A stretch of 59,895 nucleotides of DNA from a virus (Duplodnaviria; Caudoviricetes): positions 1 to 59,895 of the IMG/VR virus record IMGVR_UViG_3300009506_000033; one strand, given 5' to 3'. Under the pieces are notes generated by a model that was not told the origin of the DNA, did not search any database, and worked only from the letters and a program-made list of their open reading frames with translations. Positions 25,968 to 36,300 of this stretch are shown in pieces; position 1 is the first letter of the stretch, and each line of letters opens with the position of its first letter. The translations under genes were made by a program, and so were the position numbers.

Positions 25968-27650
25968 TCAGTCATAGTCTAACTCCCATACGTTACCTGT
26001 ACCACCCGGTATGTAGTCGATTATGGCACTTACACCTGACGATAGCTGAAGAATAGCTGTGCCGACAGGTATCACAACGTCACCCGGCATCACATTGGGG
26101 TAACCTATTACATAAAGCGCACCTGCGCCCGGCTGGACGAGATATGCAGTACCGCTGACAGGTATCTCCGGTGTCACAGTCAGCACCCCGACTCCCGGCT
26201 GAATACTGACGTTTTCCTGCAACGACGCGCCCGTGGCTGCTACGGACAGGGTTGATGCTGGTACGCCGATGGTATGGTGGTCTGTGGCCAATGCGGTGGG
26301 GGCTGAACCTGCAAGCGCCGCCGTGCCGCTGGAAGCCCCATCCACATAGCCAAGGCTCATGGTGGCGGCGTTCACGCCGAGGGTCGGCCCGCTTCCGAGC
26401 GGTTTGAATATGTGATCGACCACCGACATCGGCTGCTGGGCAGCTGTCACAACCGCGTCTGCACCCGGCATAGTGAACAACCCCAGCTTCAGCAGCGGCG
26501 CAGCAGGTGTGAGCGTCACGTTGCGCCACGCGTAGTTGAAGATGAACGAACCTCCAACCTCCACCACATAGCCAGACGTGGTCAGTGCCCCCTGCGTCGG
26601 ATACGCGAACTGGTTTTCCGTGGCGTGGCTTACAGGTATCTGGCCTGTAATGGCAGCGGCCTGCACCGGCATGGCGAAGGTGTAGCTGACGTTCGCGGTC
26701 GGCGCATGGCCGGTCATCAGTGCAGCGCCTAGCTGGGTCGTTATCGCGGCGACGGCCAGTGGCGGGGTGCCGCTGATCTGCATAGCTGCTGTGCCGGGGG
26801 TCGGCCATGCGCTTGTGCCGTGCGTCTCCGTCGGAGTATTGGGTGTCAGTGCAAGACTGGCTACCGGCATAGCGAAGGTAAGGCTGATGTCTATGGCGGG
26901 GGCTTGACCTGTTACCGACGCTGCTCCCGCTGACGGATACACAGGCATCGTGACGGTGCTGGCTGGCGCGTAGGTGGTCAGCGCAGTGTTGGCGACTCCC
27001 GGCGCAAGGTAAACATTGGTGGTTACCGCCAATGTTGGTGCCTGACCGGCCAGCTGTACAGGGACGGACTGCTCCCACGCGGAGTACCCGGTGGGCGGTG
27101 CATACGTCAGCTGTGCGGCAGTGCTGTTGAGGGTCGCCTGTTGCGCGTTATCGTAAAGAGCCAGTCCGGGGTAGAACGTCGACGCCTCCATCCCATCCAG
27201 ATAGGACGTAGATAGCAGCGTGTTGTTCTTGTAGATGTCGATCCGATGCGTATCGGCGTCGAAGGCGAAGCCAGCGACATCGGTAGCGGCGAGGCCTCCG
27301 GTAAGGTTGCCGTGGATGACGCCTGTCCCATTATTGTAGGCAAAACTGCCTGTTGTGCCCCAGCCGTATGAGTTTGCGAAGCTGCCGAGATAATAGCTGC
27401 CTGACGACAGGACAGTGCCGCCCGTTGCCACGCCCACCAGAAATTGGCTTGCACTAGCCGCATCGCAGACGATTTCAAAGTACCACTTGCCCGTGCTCTT
27501 GCCGATGTTGCCCCGGACAGCCACCCAGCCGCTCGACACGACTGCTGTGCGATTGCCGTTCGACAATGTGAAGTTGGCGTGTAGGTCGGATGTATCCCAA
27601 GTGGGATCGACTACTCCAAGTGCGGGGACTGGAATTGGGGTATCAGCCAT
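25968..27650 (-). CDS. Tail fibre-like protein with N-terminal SPRY/B30.2 domain
   Basis: TLSNGN, GKWYFEI, VGVA, GFAFDAD...YKN, FYPGL, PPTGY; followed by Ala/Thr/Pro repeats. Confidence 0.75.
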   Translation of the reverse strand: MADTPIPVPALGVVDPTWDTSDLHANFTLSNGNRTAVVSSGWVAVRGNIGKSTGKWYFEIVCDAASASQFLVGVATGGTVLSSGSYYLGSFANSYGWGTTGSFAYNNGTGVIHGNLTGGLAATDVAGFAFDADTHRIDIYKNNTLLSTSYLDGMEASTFYPGLALYDNAQQATLNSTAAQLTYAPPTGYSAWEQSVPVQLAGQAPTLAVTTNVYLAPGVANTALTTYAPASTVTMPVYPSAGAASVTGQAPAIDISLTFAMPVASLALTPNTPTETHGTSAWPTPGTAAMQISGTPPLAVAAITTQLGAALMTGHAPTANVSYTFAMPVQAAAITGQIPVSHATENQFAYPTQGALTTSGYVVEVGGSFIFNYAWRNVTLTPAAPLLKLGLFTMPGADAVVTAAQQPMSVVDHIFKPLGSGPTLGVNAATMSLGYVDGASSGTAALAGSAPTALATDHHTIGVPASTLSVAATGASLQENVSIQPGVGVLTVTPEIPVSGTAYLVQPGAGALYVIGYPNVMPGDVVIPVGTAILQLSSGVSAIIDYIPGGTGNVWELDYD

Positions 27651-27885
27651 AGCTCACCCCATAGAAAAAGGGGCGCAAGGCCCCTTTTACGGACGCAATT
27701 AGGCTGTCAGCCTTCATGCGGCCAGTGAACACTGCGACGCGCTGGGCGGCAGACGCACCCGTCTCCACGTCCTCGACGGCCACCCAGTGCTTCTCGGTGT
27801 ACGACCAGACGTGGACGGTGACTACGCGCGCAGGCGCTGTCACCAGACGGATTTCCGCTGCCGGAACCGCAATGCAGTGGTTCAT
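27643..27885 (-). CDS. Small hypothetical protein
   Basis: TAATG coupling at 27885; its 3' part runs through a terminator-like hairpin. Confidence 0.4.
   Translation of the reverse strand: MNHCIAVPAAEIRLVTAPARVVTVHVWSYTEKHWVAVEDVETGASAAQRVAVFTGRMKADSLIASVKGALRPFFYGVSYG
27665..27689 (-). terminator. Intrinsic terminator-like hairpin
   Basis: Minus strand AAAAGGGGC-CTTGC-GCCCCTTTTT. Confidence 0.65.
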
Positions 27886-28319
27886 TAGACCAGCGTGAAG
27901 TAACCGCTTGCGTTGATCTGAACGGTCAGCGTGTTGTTCGTAGTCAGCGTGAACTGCGCAGTGGTCAGACGGCTCCACATCAGTGCCTGACCTGCCGAGT
28001 TCTTCACGACCGCGAACTTAATGTTGGCGATGTTGCCGCCGGTTGCAGTCCAGATCAGGTCAGCCGAGTCGAGGCGGTACTGGCCTGCCGAAGCGCCAGT
28101 CGTCCACGTTACGGTGGTCAGCGATTTACCACCGGTAGCGTAACCAAAGCCAGCAGCGACTTCGTTGCTGACCGAGGCGGCAGTTGACAGGGTTGCGGTG
28201 GATGCGTTCGATGCGCTGGTATGCAGCTGCATCTTGAGCACGTTGACACCCAGCTGGATGGTGCCATTGGCGAGCTTCTTCTTCGCCTTGTTGTACAGAG
28301 TCCATGCGGTTGCGGCCAT
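27885..28319 (-). CDS. Virion structural protein (beta-rich, 144 aa)
   Basis: NEV..G.GYATGGK.L, D.ADL.WT, F.L motifs recognised from small phage virion proteins. Confidence 0.7.
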   Translation of the reverse strand: MAATAWTLYNKAKKKLANGTIQLGVNVLKMQLHTSASNASTATLSTAASVSNEVAAGFGYATGGKSLTTVTWTTGASAGQYRLDSADLIWTATGGNIANIKFAVVKNSAGQALMWSRLTTAQFTLTTNNTLTVQINASGYFTLV

Positions 28320-28365
28320 GACTATTCTCCTTCAGGAATATACGTTACAAACATACCACCTATGC

Positions 28366-29805
28366 CTACAACAATTCCAGTTGGTCAGGCTCAGCAGCCG
28401 TTTTGATGATGTGCGCGATAGCCCCATCACCATGCACAACTAACTCTACCTCATGCGCGAGTCGCGTCATTAAGTCGACGAACTCCTGCATCTGCGATGC
28501 CATCCATGAGTGGCAGGCAAATACTTTACCACCCGCTGACACCTGTACTACACGTTCGTAGTCATTCTCAGGCTGAGTATACGCATGATGCTGCGTATCC
28601 GCTAGACATGAATCGAACCCATATATCTCGAAACGCCAGTAACCCAGCATCCTCAGCAGGGGCAGCGCGCGCAGCATGACCGTCGAGCCGCCGGGGACAC
28701 CGTACCAAGGTCTGTCGCCATACAGACGGTCAAGCTCGTCGCAGAGCGGGCCGTTCATGGCGGCATGCCAGAGGATGGTCTGGTCTTCAGGGGCAGCGTC
28801 GAACACTTCAGGGTGGCACTGGGATGCCAGCAGGTACTTGCAGGTGTCGACGTGAGGTGTGACGAATCGACTGTTGAACTCGCGCGCATCCACGATGATC
28901 TGCGCCGAGGGTGTGATGCCGTGCTCCAGACACCAGTTGTACGCGCCGTTGGTGGTGATGAGTTTGGCCCCATCAGCACGCTTCTGGCGAATCTCATCCT
29001 CGAACTGGGCCAACGACGGGCCGCCGCCCAGCAGGATGATCGGGGTGTCCTGCCGCTCGTAGGGCCGGGCCTCGGTAAGTCCACGAGCTACGGCAGACTG
29101 AATGTTCTCGATGAGCGCGTCATTCCCGGTGTTGATCGCGCCAATAGCCACCAGTTCGGATGCCGACGACCACGCGGTGACGTAGAACAGTGCAGTGGTG
29201 GGGTTCTCCTCGCTCCAGTGGATGACTGCGTCGTGCTCCCGCAGCTTGTTGAGCCACCACGAATACGGTTTGACGGTCAGGTGCAGAGGCTCCCCGATCA
29301 GCGCGCCGCAGGCATCGTCCACAGTGCTGATCTGGAAGAAAACGTGCTCAGCAGACTTCAGGATATTATCGAGCACACCATCTACATGAGCAGGGTCGAT
29401 ATGCTCCATGACATCTGTGCAGTAGCCGTATTTCGCTGCCATGCCGATGGGTCGGCGAAGGTCAGCTTGCTTGAACCGCAGCGCGTGGGATTGCGTCAAC
29501 AGCATATCCCGAACGTCATCGTCGAGGCAATTTTCAGCAAAGTCGAGCATCGTGACGTTCATGCCGCCAAGGAGAGCCAGCATCAGCGCGCCGCGCCCAG
29601 TGCCTGCACCGAAGTCGATAACCGTGTCGCCGGGTCGCGGTCGTGCCTGCTTCAGAAACTCACTGGCAACCTGCTCACCGGGAGCAACAACGCGGTATTC
29701 GCGGTGCTCCCACATACGTCGATACTTCTCCTGCTCAGGATCGACAACAGGCTGAATAAGAACTCCGGGCGGGTGGGCTTTGACTGCGCCGACAGTGGTC
29801 ATCAA
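28366..29805 (-). CDS. Class I SAM methyltransferase fused to a Maf/DUF115-like (glycosyltransferase/MptE-like) domain
   Basis: N-terminal VIDFGAGTG, CTDVMEHI, HLTV...WW; C-terminal LLGGGPSL, TTNGAY, VDAR, GGSTV..RA...LG...IYGFDSC, HAY. Confidence 0.75.
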   Translation of the reverse strand: MMTTVGAVKAHPPGVLIQPVVDPEQEKYRRMWEHREYRVVAPGEQVASEFLKQARPRPGDTVIDFGAGTGRGALMLALLGGMNVTMLDFAENCLDDDVRDMLLTQSHALRFKQADLRRPIGMAAKYGYCTDVMEHIDPAHVDGVLDNILKSAEHVFFQISTVDDACGALIGEPLHLTVKPYSWWLNKLREHDAVIHWSEENPTTALFYVTAWSSASELVAIGAINTGNDALIENIQSAVARGLTEARPYERQDTPIILLGGGPSLAQFEDEIRQKRADGAKLITTNGAYNWCLEHGITPSAQIIVDAREFNSRFVTPHVDTCKYLLASQCHPEVFDAAPEDQTILWHAAMNGPLCDELDRLYGDRPWYGVPGGSTVMLRALPLLRMLGYWRFEIYGFDSCLADTQHHAYTQPENDYERVVQVSAGGKVFACHSWMASQMQEFVDLMTRLAHEVELVVHGDGAIAHIIKTAAEPDQLELL

Positions 29806-30083
29806 ATATCCTTCACAAGTAGAAAACCCTCACCTTCGAGGGTGTTGCCGAGAGTGGTGACAATAATGACCGTCACCTTGTATTGCGTGTTATCCACGCC
29901 CCCGCTGAGGCGCATGACGACAGACTTACCTGATGGGGTAGGTGTCGTATACGTCAGTGTGGCAGGTAACACGGTGATGCTCGATACGCTGGCCACGGAG
30001 TCGGTCGCATCCATCTTCGCCGAGAAGTCCATCGCGTAGACGCGCGACTCACTTGGCTGCTTGTTCAGCGTCTGAGTGGCCAT
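29802..30083 (-). CDS. Small fibre-adaptor-like virion protein
   Basis: KQPSE...Y.MDF...LSGG...Y.VT....T..G.TLE pattern. Confidence 0.65.
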   Translation of the reverse strand: MATQTLNKQPSESRVYAMDFSAKMDATDSVASVSSITVLPATLTYTTPTPSGKSVVMRLSGGVDNTQYKVTVIIVTTLGNTLEGEGFLLVKDI

Positions 30084-30086
30084 GTT

Positions 30087-30260
30087 TTAGCCCCGGCGCT
30101 TGCGCCCTGCGGCGGCCAACTGCGCCATCTTCGCTTTGCCGTACTTCTTGATTCCGACAGCCGCAGCGACAGCATTGGGGTCTTTGGCCCCACCTTTACG
30201 TGCGCTCTCAGCTACTGCTTTGAAACGCGCTCCAGAACCCAGAGGTGCTTTCTTTTTCAT
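30087..30260 (-). CDS. 57-aa highly basic protein (not in ORF track)
   Basis: AAGGAG SD; MKKKAPLGSGARFKAVAESARKGGAKDPNAVAAAVGIKKYGKAKMAQLAAAGRKRRG*. Confidence 0.75.
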   Translation of the reverse strand: MKKKAPLGSGARFKAVAESARKGGAKDPNAVAAAVGIKKYGKAKMAQLAAAGRKRRG

Positions 30261-30313
30261 GTCGTACTCCTTATCGGAATGTAGATCACAATACTACATC
30301 AAGCAATACCTTG

Positions 30314-33300
30314 TTACTCACCAGTATCTTCTTGACTGAAGTCGCTGCTGAAATCATCACGGAATGTATTGCGCCATGCCTTCGGCAGTGCCTTGAGGCT
30401 GCGTTCACTAAGCGGAATGGATGCTGCGTTAACAGCCTGCCGCACCGAGCGCGCAGTGATGTTCAACGGCATCTCAGGGTGTGCAGTATTGTATTCACTC
30501 ACGAACTCATAGAGAGATGCCAGTTTCTCACTGTCACCACTGCGCACGGCATCCACAATGGAATCCTGTATACCCTTGCGCGTATCCTGCATGAACGCGG
30601 AAATCGTACTGATGCTTTTCTGCGAGTCGTAGTCTGCCGATAGCTGTGCAGGGCTGAAGCCGATCATGTGCGCAAGCGCGCCAACCGACGTGATCGGCAC
30701 GACCATCTGGCCACGGGTGTTCTGCACTTGGCCGGACTCCATCTCGCCAGCGCCGCGCATGATGTTGCGCAGGCCGAGAGGCAGTGCGTTGTTGATGACA
30801 TCTTTCTTGAAGGTGTCGGCAGCCAGATCGGTCTGCCCGGACAGCGCCTGCCCCGCAGACTTGGCCAGACCGCCTGCGCCCTTGACAAAGCCGGACACTT
30901 CACTCATGACCGGGCCAAGCAGTTCCTCAGCCGCGCGACCTGTATCCGCACCGGGCTTGAGGAGTTCGGTGCCGGGGATCAGGTTCGACAGCGATACGCG
31001 GCCACTCATGTTGACGTTGAGGCCGCCGTTGACCATGCCGTAGAGCAGCGGGCCGGTCATGTCTACGCCAGTGACAGCCTCGGATGCCGCCTTGAGGTTA
31101 GTACGCAGCCAGCGCCGGGAGTTGAACGGCTGGCCGAAGATGCGCATGGCGATGGTGTCGATCAGGTCTTCGAGGTCTTGTTCGCCGGGGAGCCCGCCAA
31201 GACCGCCTGCGAAGAACAGCATCCCCAGCATCATGGCCGCCGCGCGCTTACCCTCAGGGCCAGACGTGGCCAGTCGCCCGAGCAGCTCGGTCATCATGAT
31301 CGGGTACAGCCGGAAGGTCATGAGCACCTGCCCGACAGTGCTGCGCACCGCCCCCGGCAGGTTAATCGAGCCGTAGACACCTTGCGTCTGACGGACGGTG
31401 TCACGCGAGAAGTTGTACAGCGCCTCGCCGGTCATGCCTTTCTTCTGGCCCACGTCATAGGCCGCGAGGAACGCGGTCAGGCGGTTGATCTGCTCGGTCA
31501 GCCGGAACGGAGCCATCCACACGTCCAGTGCCTGACGCACCTTGGTGTTGTACAGCTTGATCGAGCCGCTGGCTTCACCAAAGATGCCGTACACCTGTGA
31601 CTCAGCGATGGTGCCATCCTCAAGGGCTTGGCGCAGGAAGCTGATCTGTTCGTCGCTGAGGCTGAGCCCCTTGACTGCGTCATTCAGCATCTGGGGGTTG
31701 CGCAGGAACGTCTCTCTGTTCTGGAAGATGCCGCCGGAGTTCTTCGCCACCAGCGAGGTAGCCATCTTCATGTAGCGGAACGAGGTTGCTGCTGCCTCTG
31801 CCGCGCTGACGTGCTGCGTCAGGAACGGCATCGTGACCATCGGTGTGGACATCAGCTGTACCACAGCAGACGAGATGTTGCCGCCGAGGAACATGATCGA
31901 CGCCAGCGTGCGGAAGGCGTTGGCGGTCGGGTTCGACCGGGTGGTCTGCGTGAAGTCCAGCAGCTTGCCCGCGAGGTCGCGGTACTTGCCTTCGCTGCCG
32001 CCATCGGCCTCCCAGATGGTGTTGGCACCTTCAGGAACGTCGGGGGCGTTCATCAGACGCCGCCACTCCATGTAGTCGAGCAGGTCTGTCTGCGCTTGGG
32101 GATCAAAGTTTGCGCTGCCGGGGTCGAGCTTGCCTAGCAGTTCGTTCTTGAACGTGATGTCGTTGACGTTGGCGAAGCGGTCGGACAGCTCCGCGCGGCG
32201 GGCCAGTGCTTCCTCGCCCAGCGCATATCCGGCGAAGGCATCGCGCAGCCGCCCGCCGTGGAACATCGAGGCGGCACGGGTCGAGTTGTTCACCATGAAC
32301 TCTGCAACCACGCGGGAGATGTTGCGGCTCCAGCCGGGAATATCCTCCCACTTCATGTAGCGGTTGCGCGCCATGTCTTCGATGTCGGTGAGCGCTTTAA
32401 CGACCGACTCCATCGCTTTCTGCGATACCGGTACATTGTGGCGTTCTGCAAGATCGAGGAAGTCGAACAGGCTCATCCGGTCGTAGGCGTACTTCTCGCT
32501 CGGCTTGACGTTGCTGACTGGGCTGACCTCCAGTTCGCTCTCCAGACCATTTTCCTTGATGTAGGCCGTCAGGTCGTTGCGCAGCGCGTTTGCGTGCAGG
32601 CGAGTCGGGGCTTGGATGTAGTGCAGTACGCCTTCTTCGCGCGCACCTGCGCGATAGACTGCAACCGCATAGTCGCCGTAGCGCCGCGCAGGGGTGTAGT
32701 TGCCCTCGATGGCCGACTGAACCTGCGCATCCTTGGCGGCGGCAAGCTGGCTGTAGGCCTCGCTGTCCCTGCCGAAACGCTCAGCCAACTGGTTCTTGTA
32801 GGCCACGGCCTCATAGATCAGGCCTGTGCGTACAGTGTTGCGAATCTGCTTCCAGATTTCGTAGGCTTCGGACAGGTCGGCACCGGTCGGCAGCTTGATC
32901 GCATCGGAGAACTCGGCGATGCTGTCAAACGGCTTGCCGTTCTGTCGCGCAACATGGTCGGCCTCGGCGATGGCCACCATCAGCGGATCGGTGCGGCGCG
33001 GATAGTCACCTTGAAACAGCTTCGGGGAGATTTCACGCATCTTGGAAATCAGCTGGTCGGTGAAGCTGCGGCGGTCGAGGATGGCGTCGAAGACGAGCTT
33101 GAAACCCTTGCTCATGTGCGACAGGTTCAGCGAGGTCGAGCCCCACTTGTCGAACATATCCCGCACGGTCTGCATCGCTTCCTTGGTGCTGCCTGCACCC
33201 AGTAGCCGTGACAGCGGCCTGAACTCATCCATCGGGGCGTCGTGCATGGCTGCGCGCAGTACGTCCTCGCCGGAGCCTTGGATGGGCTCATCGATGACAT

Positions 33301-36300
33301 CTGCCACGCCAGCCTGCGACATAAGTGCCTCAGACTCCTTGGTGGATAGGCCATACAAGGCGGTTTGGCGTTCTGCAACAGCACCGGCCGCAATGGCGTC
33401 CATGACGTCCTGTGCGCTCTGGAAACCCATTCCGAGCAGGCCGTTCTTGAGGCGCTCGAAGGCTGTCTTGACCCGGTCGAAAATCTTGCCGATCATCCCG
33501 TCAGCTGTGAACAGGCCGCTTGTATGGAACTGGAACGCATACGCACGGGCTTCAACAGGGTTCGACTTGATGGCCTCGGCTATCGTCGTACCGCGCTCAC
33601 CATCGAGCTTCGCAGCAACTGCGTCGAGCTTCGTGCGAAGCGGCTGACCTTTGCGTAGCGCCCTGTTGATGATCGTCATCTCGCGCGGGCTAATCAGCCC
33701 CATGCGCTCAGCGCCGTGGAACGCTTCGTGGCGAACTGTAGCGACACCGTCAGCAGTGTTGTATGCGACTTCAAGGACAGACTGCATCTGGCCCTGCGTA
33801 ACACGCATGGTGAACTGCCCTGCGTAGCCCCCTTTGCCATCCGGGGCGACAACCTCTTTGGACACGCGCACATCCATCTCGGGACGGATGCCGAGAATCT
33901 TCTTCACCTCGGCCAGTACATCCTTGAGCTGCACGGCGGCACCTGCAAGCGTTCCTTGTGCCTGATTGCTGGCGTTGAACGCCTTTGACAGCTGTCCTGC
34001 TTGGAACAACTGCATCACCTCGGCGTCTGCACTGTCAGGCATCCCCTCACGGCGATCCAGCAGCTTCTCGGCGGTCGGAAGATTCGCAGGCACAGCTGCG
34101 GTCTTCTCAATCATGTTGTGCAGCATGGTGATATTCGCGTGGGGGTTGCGCTGCTTGTAAACGGCAAGACGCGCACGCATCATCTGGCGGCGACCCTCAT
34201 CACTCCAACGGTCTTTGACCTGAGCAGCCAGTGCATCCGGCACCTTCGCAGTAAACTCGGCTGGCGTCGTAGGCTGTGACTCCACACCAGCCTGAACAGC
34301 ATCCGGCGGGGCGGTGAACGGTGCTGCGGCTTGCTGCTCGACCGGTGCAGCTGCCCTGCGCCCACGCTTCTTGGGCGGCTGCTGAGTGCTTGCAAGGGTG
34401 TCGCGCATACGCTGGAGCGTTGTTTCCACCGGATCGCTTGGGCGAATCTCAAGGCCCAGCTTGAAGGCTGCTGCATTGGCTTGCAGTGCGGTGGGTGTCA
34501 CGCCGCGATCAACAGAGGCCAAGAAGTTTGCAGCTTCCTGCTGTTGCGGTGTCAGTGCGGTGGGCTTTTCAGCGACAGGCGGCTGCTCAGCAACAGGCGG
34601 CTGCTCAGCAACAGGCGGCTGCTCAGCAACAGGCGGCTGCTCAGTCGGTGCCGGTGCGACAACAGGCTCAGCGACGGGTGGCGGAGTCTGAGCCTGCTGC
34701 TCCTGCACCGCGCGCTGGCGTGCTTCTTCCGCGAGACGCAGCAACTCAGGCGAGGCTTGAGGTAGAGGTTCCGCAGCCTTGGTGCGGGCCTCGGCAGGTG
34801 CCGCCTGCTCAGCGGCGGGTGCAGCCGGGGCTACTTCTTGGGTGGTTTCTTGCCCTTGCGTTTGCAAGCCATTGCGCTTCTCCTGAATCAAATTGACGAA
34901 TGCTTCTGCCAGATCGTTGCGGGCGCTGCGGTCGGCAGTGCGCTTGCCAGCGTTCTTCTCGACGTAATTCTGCAAGGCCTCCTCAGTCTGCGAGGATACC
35001 CACCCGATGTCCTGCGGCTTGGCCGGAATGCCTGTGCTCTGCACCAGCGCCGACAACACATCCTTTTTGGTCGTCCGTTCTTCTGGCGTCAGTGTCCGGT
35101 GCGGGCTGGTCAGCGTATCCAGCTCGGTGCTGTGGGTCTGCGCAGCCAGCGCGATGGCTGCTTGGTTGCGCGCGAAAGCTTCCTGAAGCTTCGGTGCGGC
35201 GGCCTGCATCGGGCCTTCGAGCGAAGCGTCCGGCGTCTCAGTTGTCTTGTTGGCTGCGCCGACTGCGGTGTACTGCTGTACCGCCTCGTCATAGGTGATC
35301 TTGCCAGCGGCCAGCGCACGCATGACCTGCTTGGTCTGCTCGGGATCACCCGTGAAGTTGTAGATGTCACGCGCGAGTTTGGTAGTCTCCACGGGGGGCC
35401 GGGCGTCGAATCGCTGCGCCTCGTGCTTGTTGTAAGCCGCGTCGATTTCAGCCTGCTTCTGCTCGGGGGTAATGGCTTCCGGCGCAGCGGCTTGAGCCTC
35501 CTGCGGCGCAGCCTCAGCAGACTGCTGGTATTGCGTCATGTGGTCGCGCAGCGCAGTCAGAGGCTTCAACACGGATGCGTTCTCAGCGTCGCGCTTCTTC
35601 TCCATGTCGGCGATACGCTTCTCGGAAGCACTCACAGCCTTGGCATCAGTCGGGTTGGCGAGGATGGCCGCCTGCTCCTTGGCGATCATTGGGTCGTACT
35701 TCGACTTGACCCCCATCGCACCTTGCAGCTGGTCGTTCAGCTTCGCAATCTGCTTATCGACGCCAGTCGTGACAGCCTTCTCGCCAGCTTTTGCGACCAG
35801 AGCATCACGCTTAGCCTGCGTCGCGCTGATCTTCTCGACAATGCCGTAGATTTTGGTGGCCTGATCCAGCGAATAGCCGCTCTGCACGGCGGCTTGCAGG
35901 ACATTTACCTTGTCGAAAGGGGTCTTCGGCGTGATGGCCTTGGCCAGCACTGCATTCCGCCCGGTCATGCCGAAGTCGGCCATGTGCGGGCGGATGTCGC
36001 CCACCACGTCAGGGTTGTCGGCGAAATGCTGCTCACGCGTCTGAACCAGTTGCTGCTGGCGGCGCGCGGTCATGGCATCGGCAACATCCTTATCCCACTG
36101 CGCTGCGGCCAGTTCTTCAGGATTCGGGATGGGGGCTGGCGGTTTGGCTTCGGGTGCTTTCTTGGACAGTGCACCTGCTGCGCCGCCAAAGACACCGCCG
36201 CCGAGCATACCGCCGATCATCGACTCAAAGTAATCCTGCCGCGCGTTGGCGTCAGTCAGCGACTGGTCGGAACCCCAGCGCTCAGCAACCGACTGGCCCA

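Noticed and set aside
28366-29805. DNA methyltransferase / restriction-modification evasion gene
   Set aside because: No DPPY/NPPY or PCQ catalytic motif; motif set and context fit a small-molecule or glycan methyltransferase.
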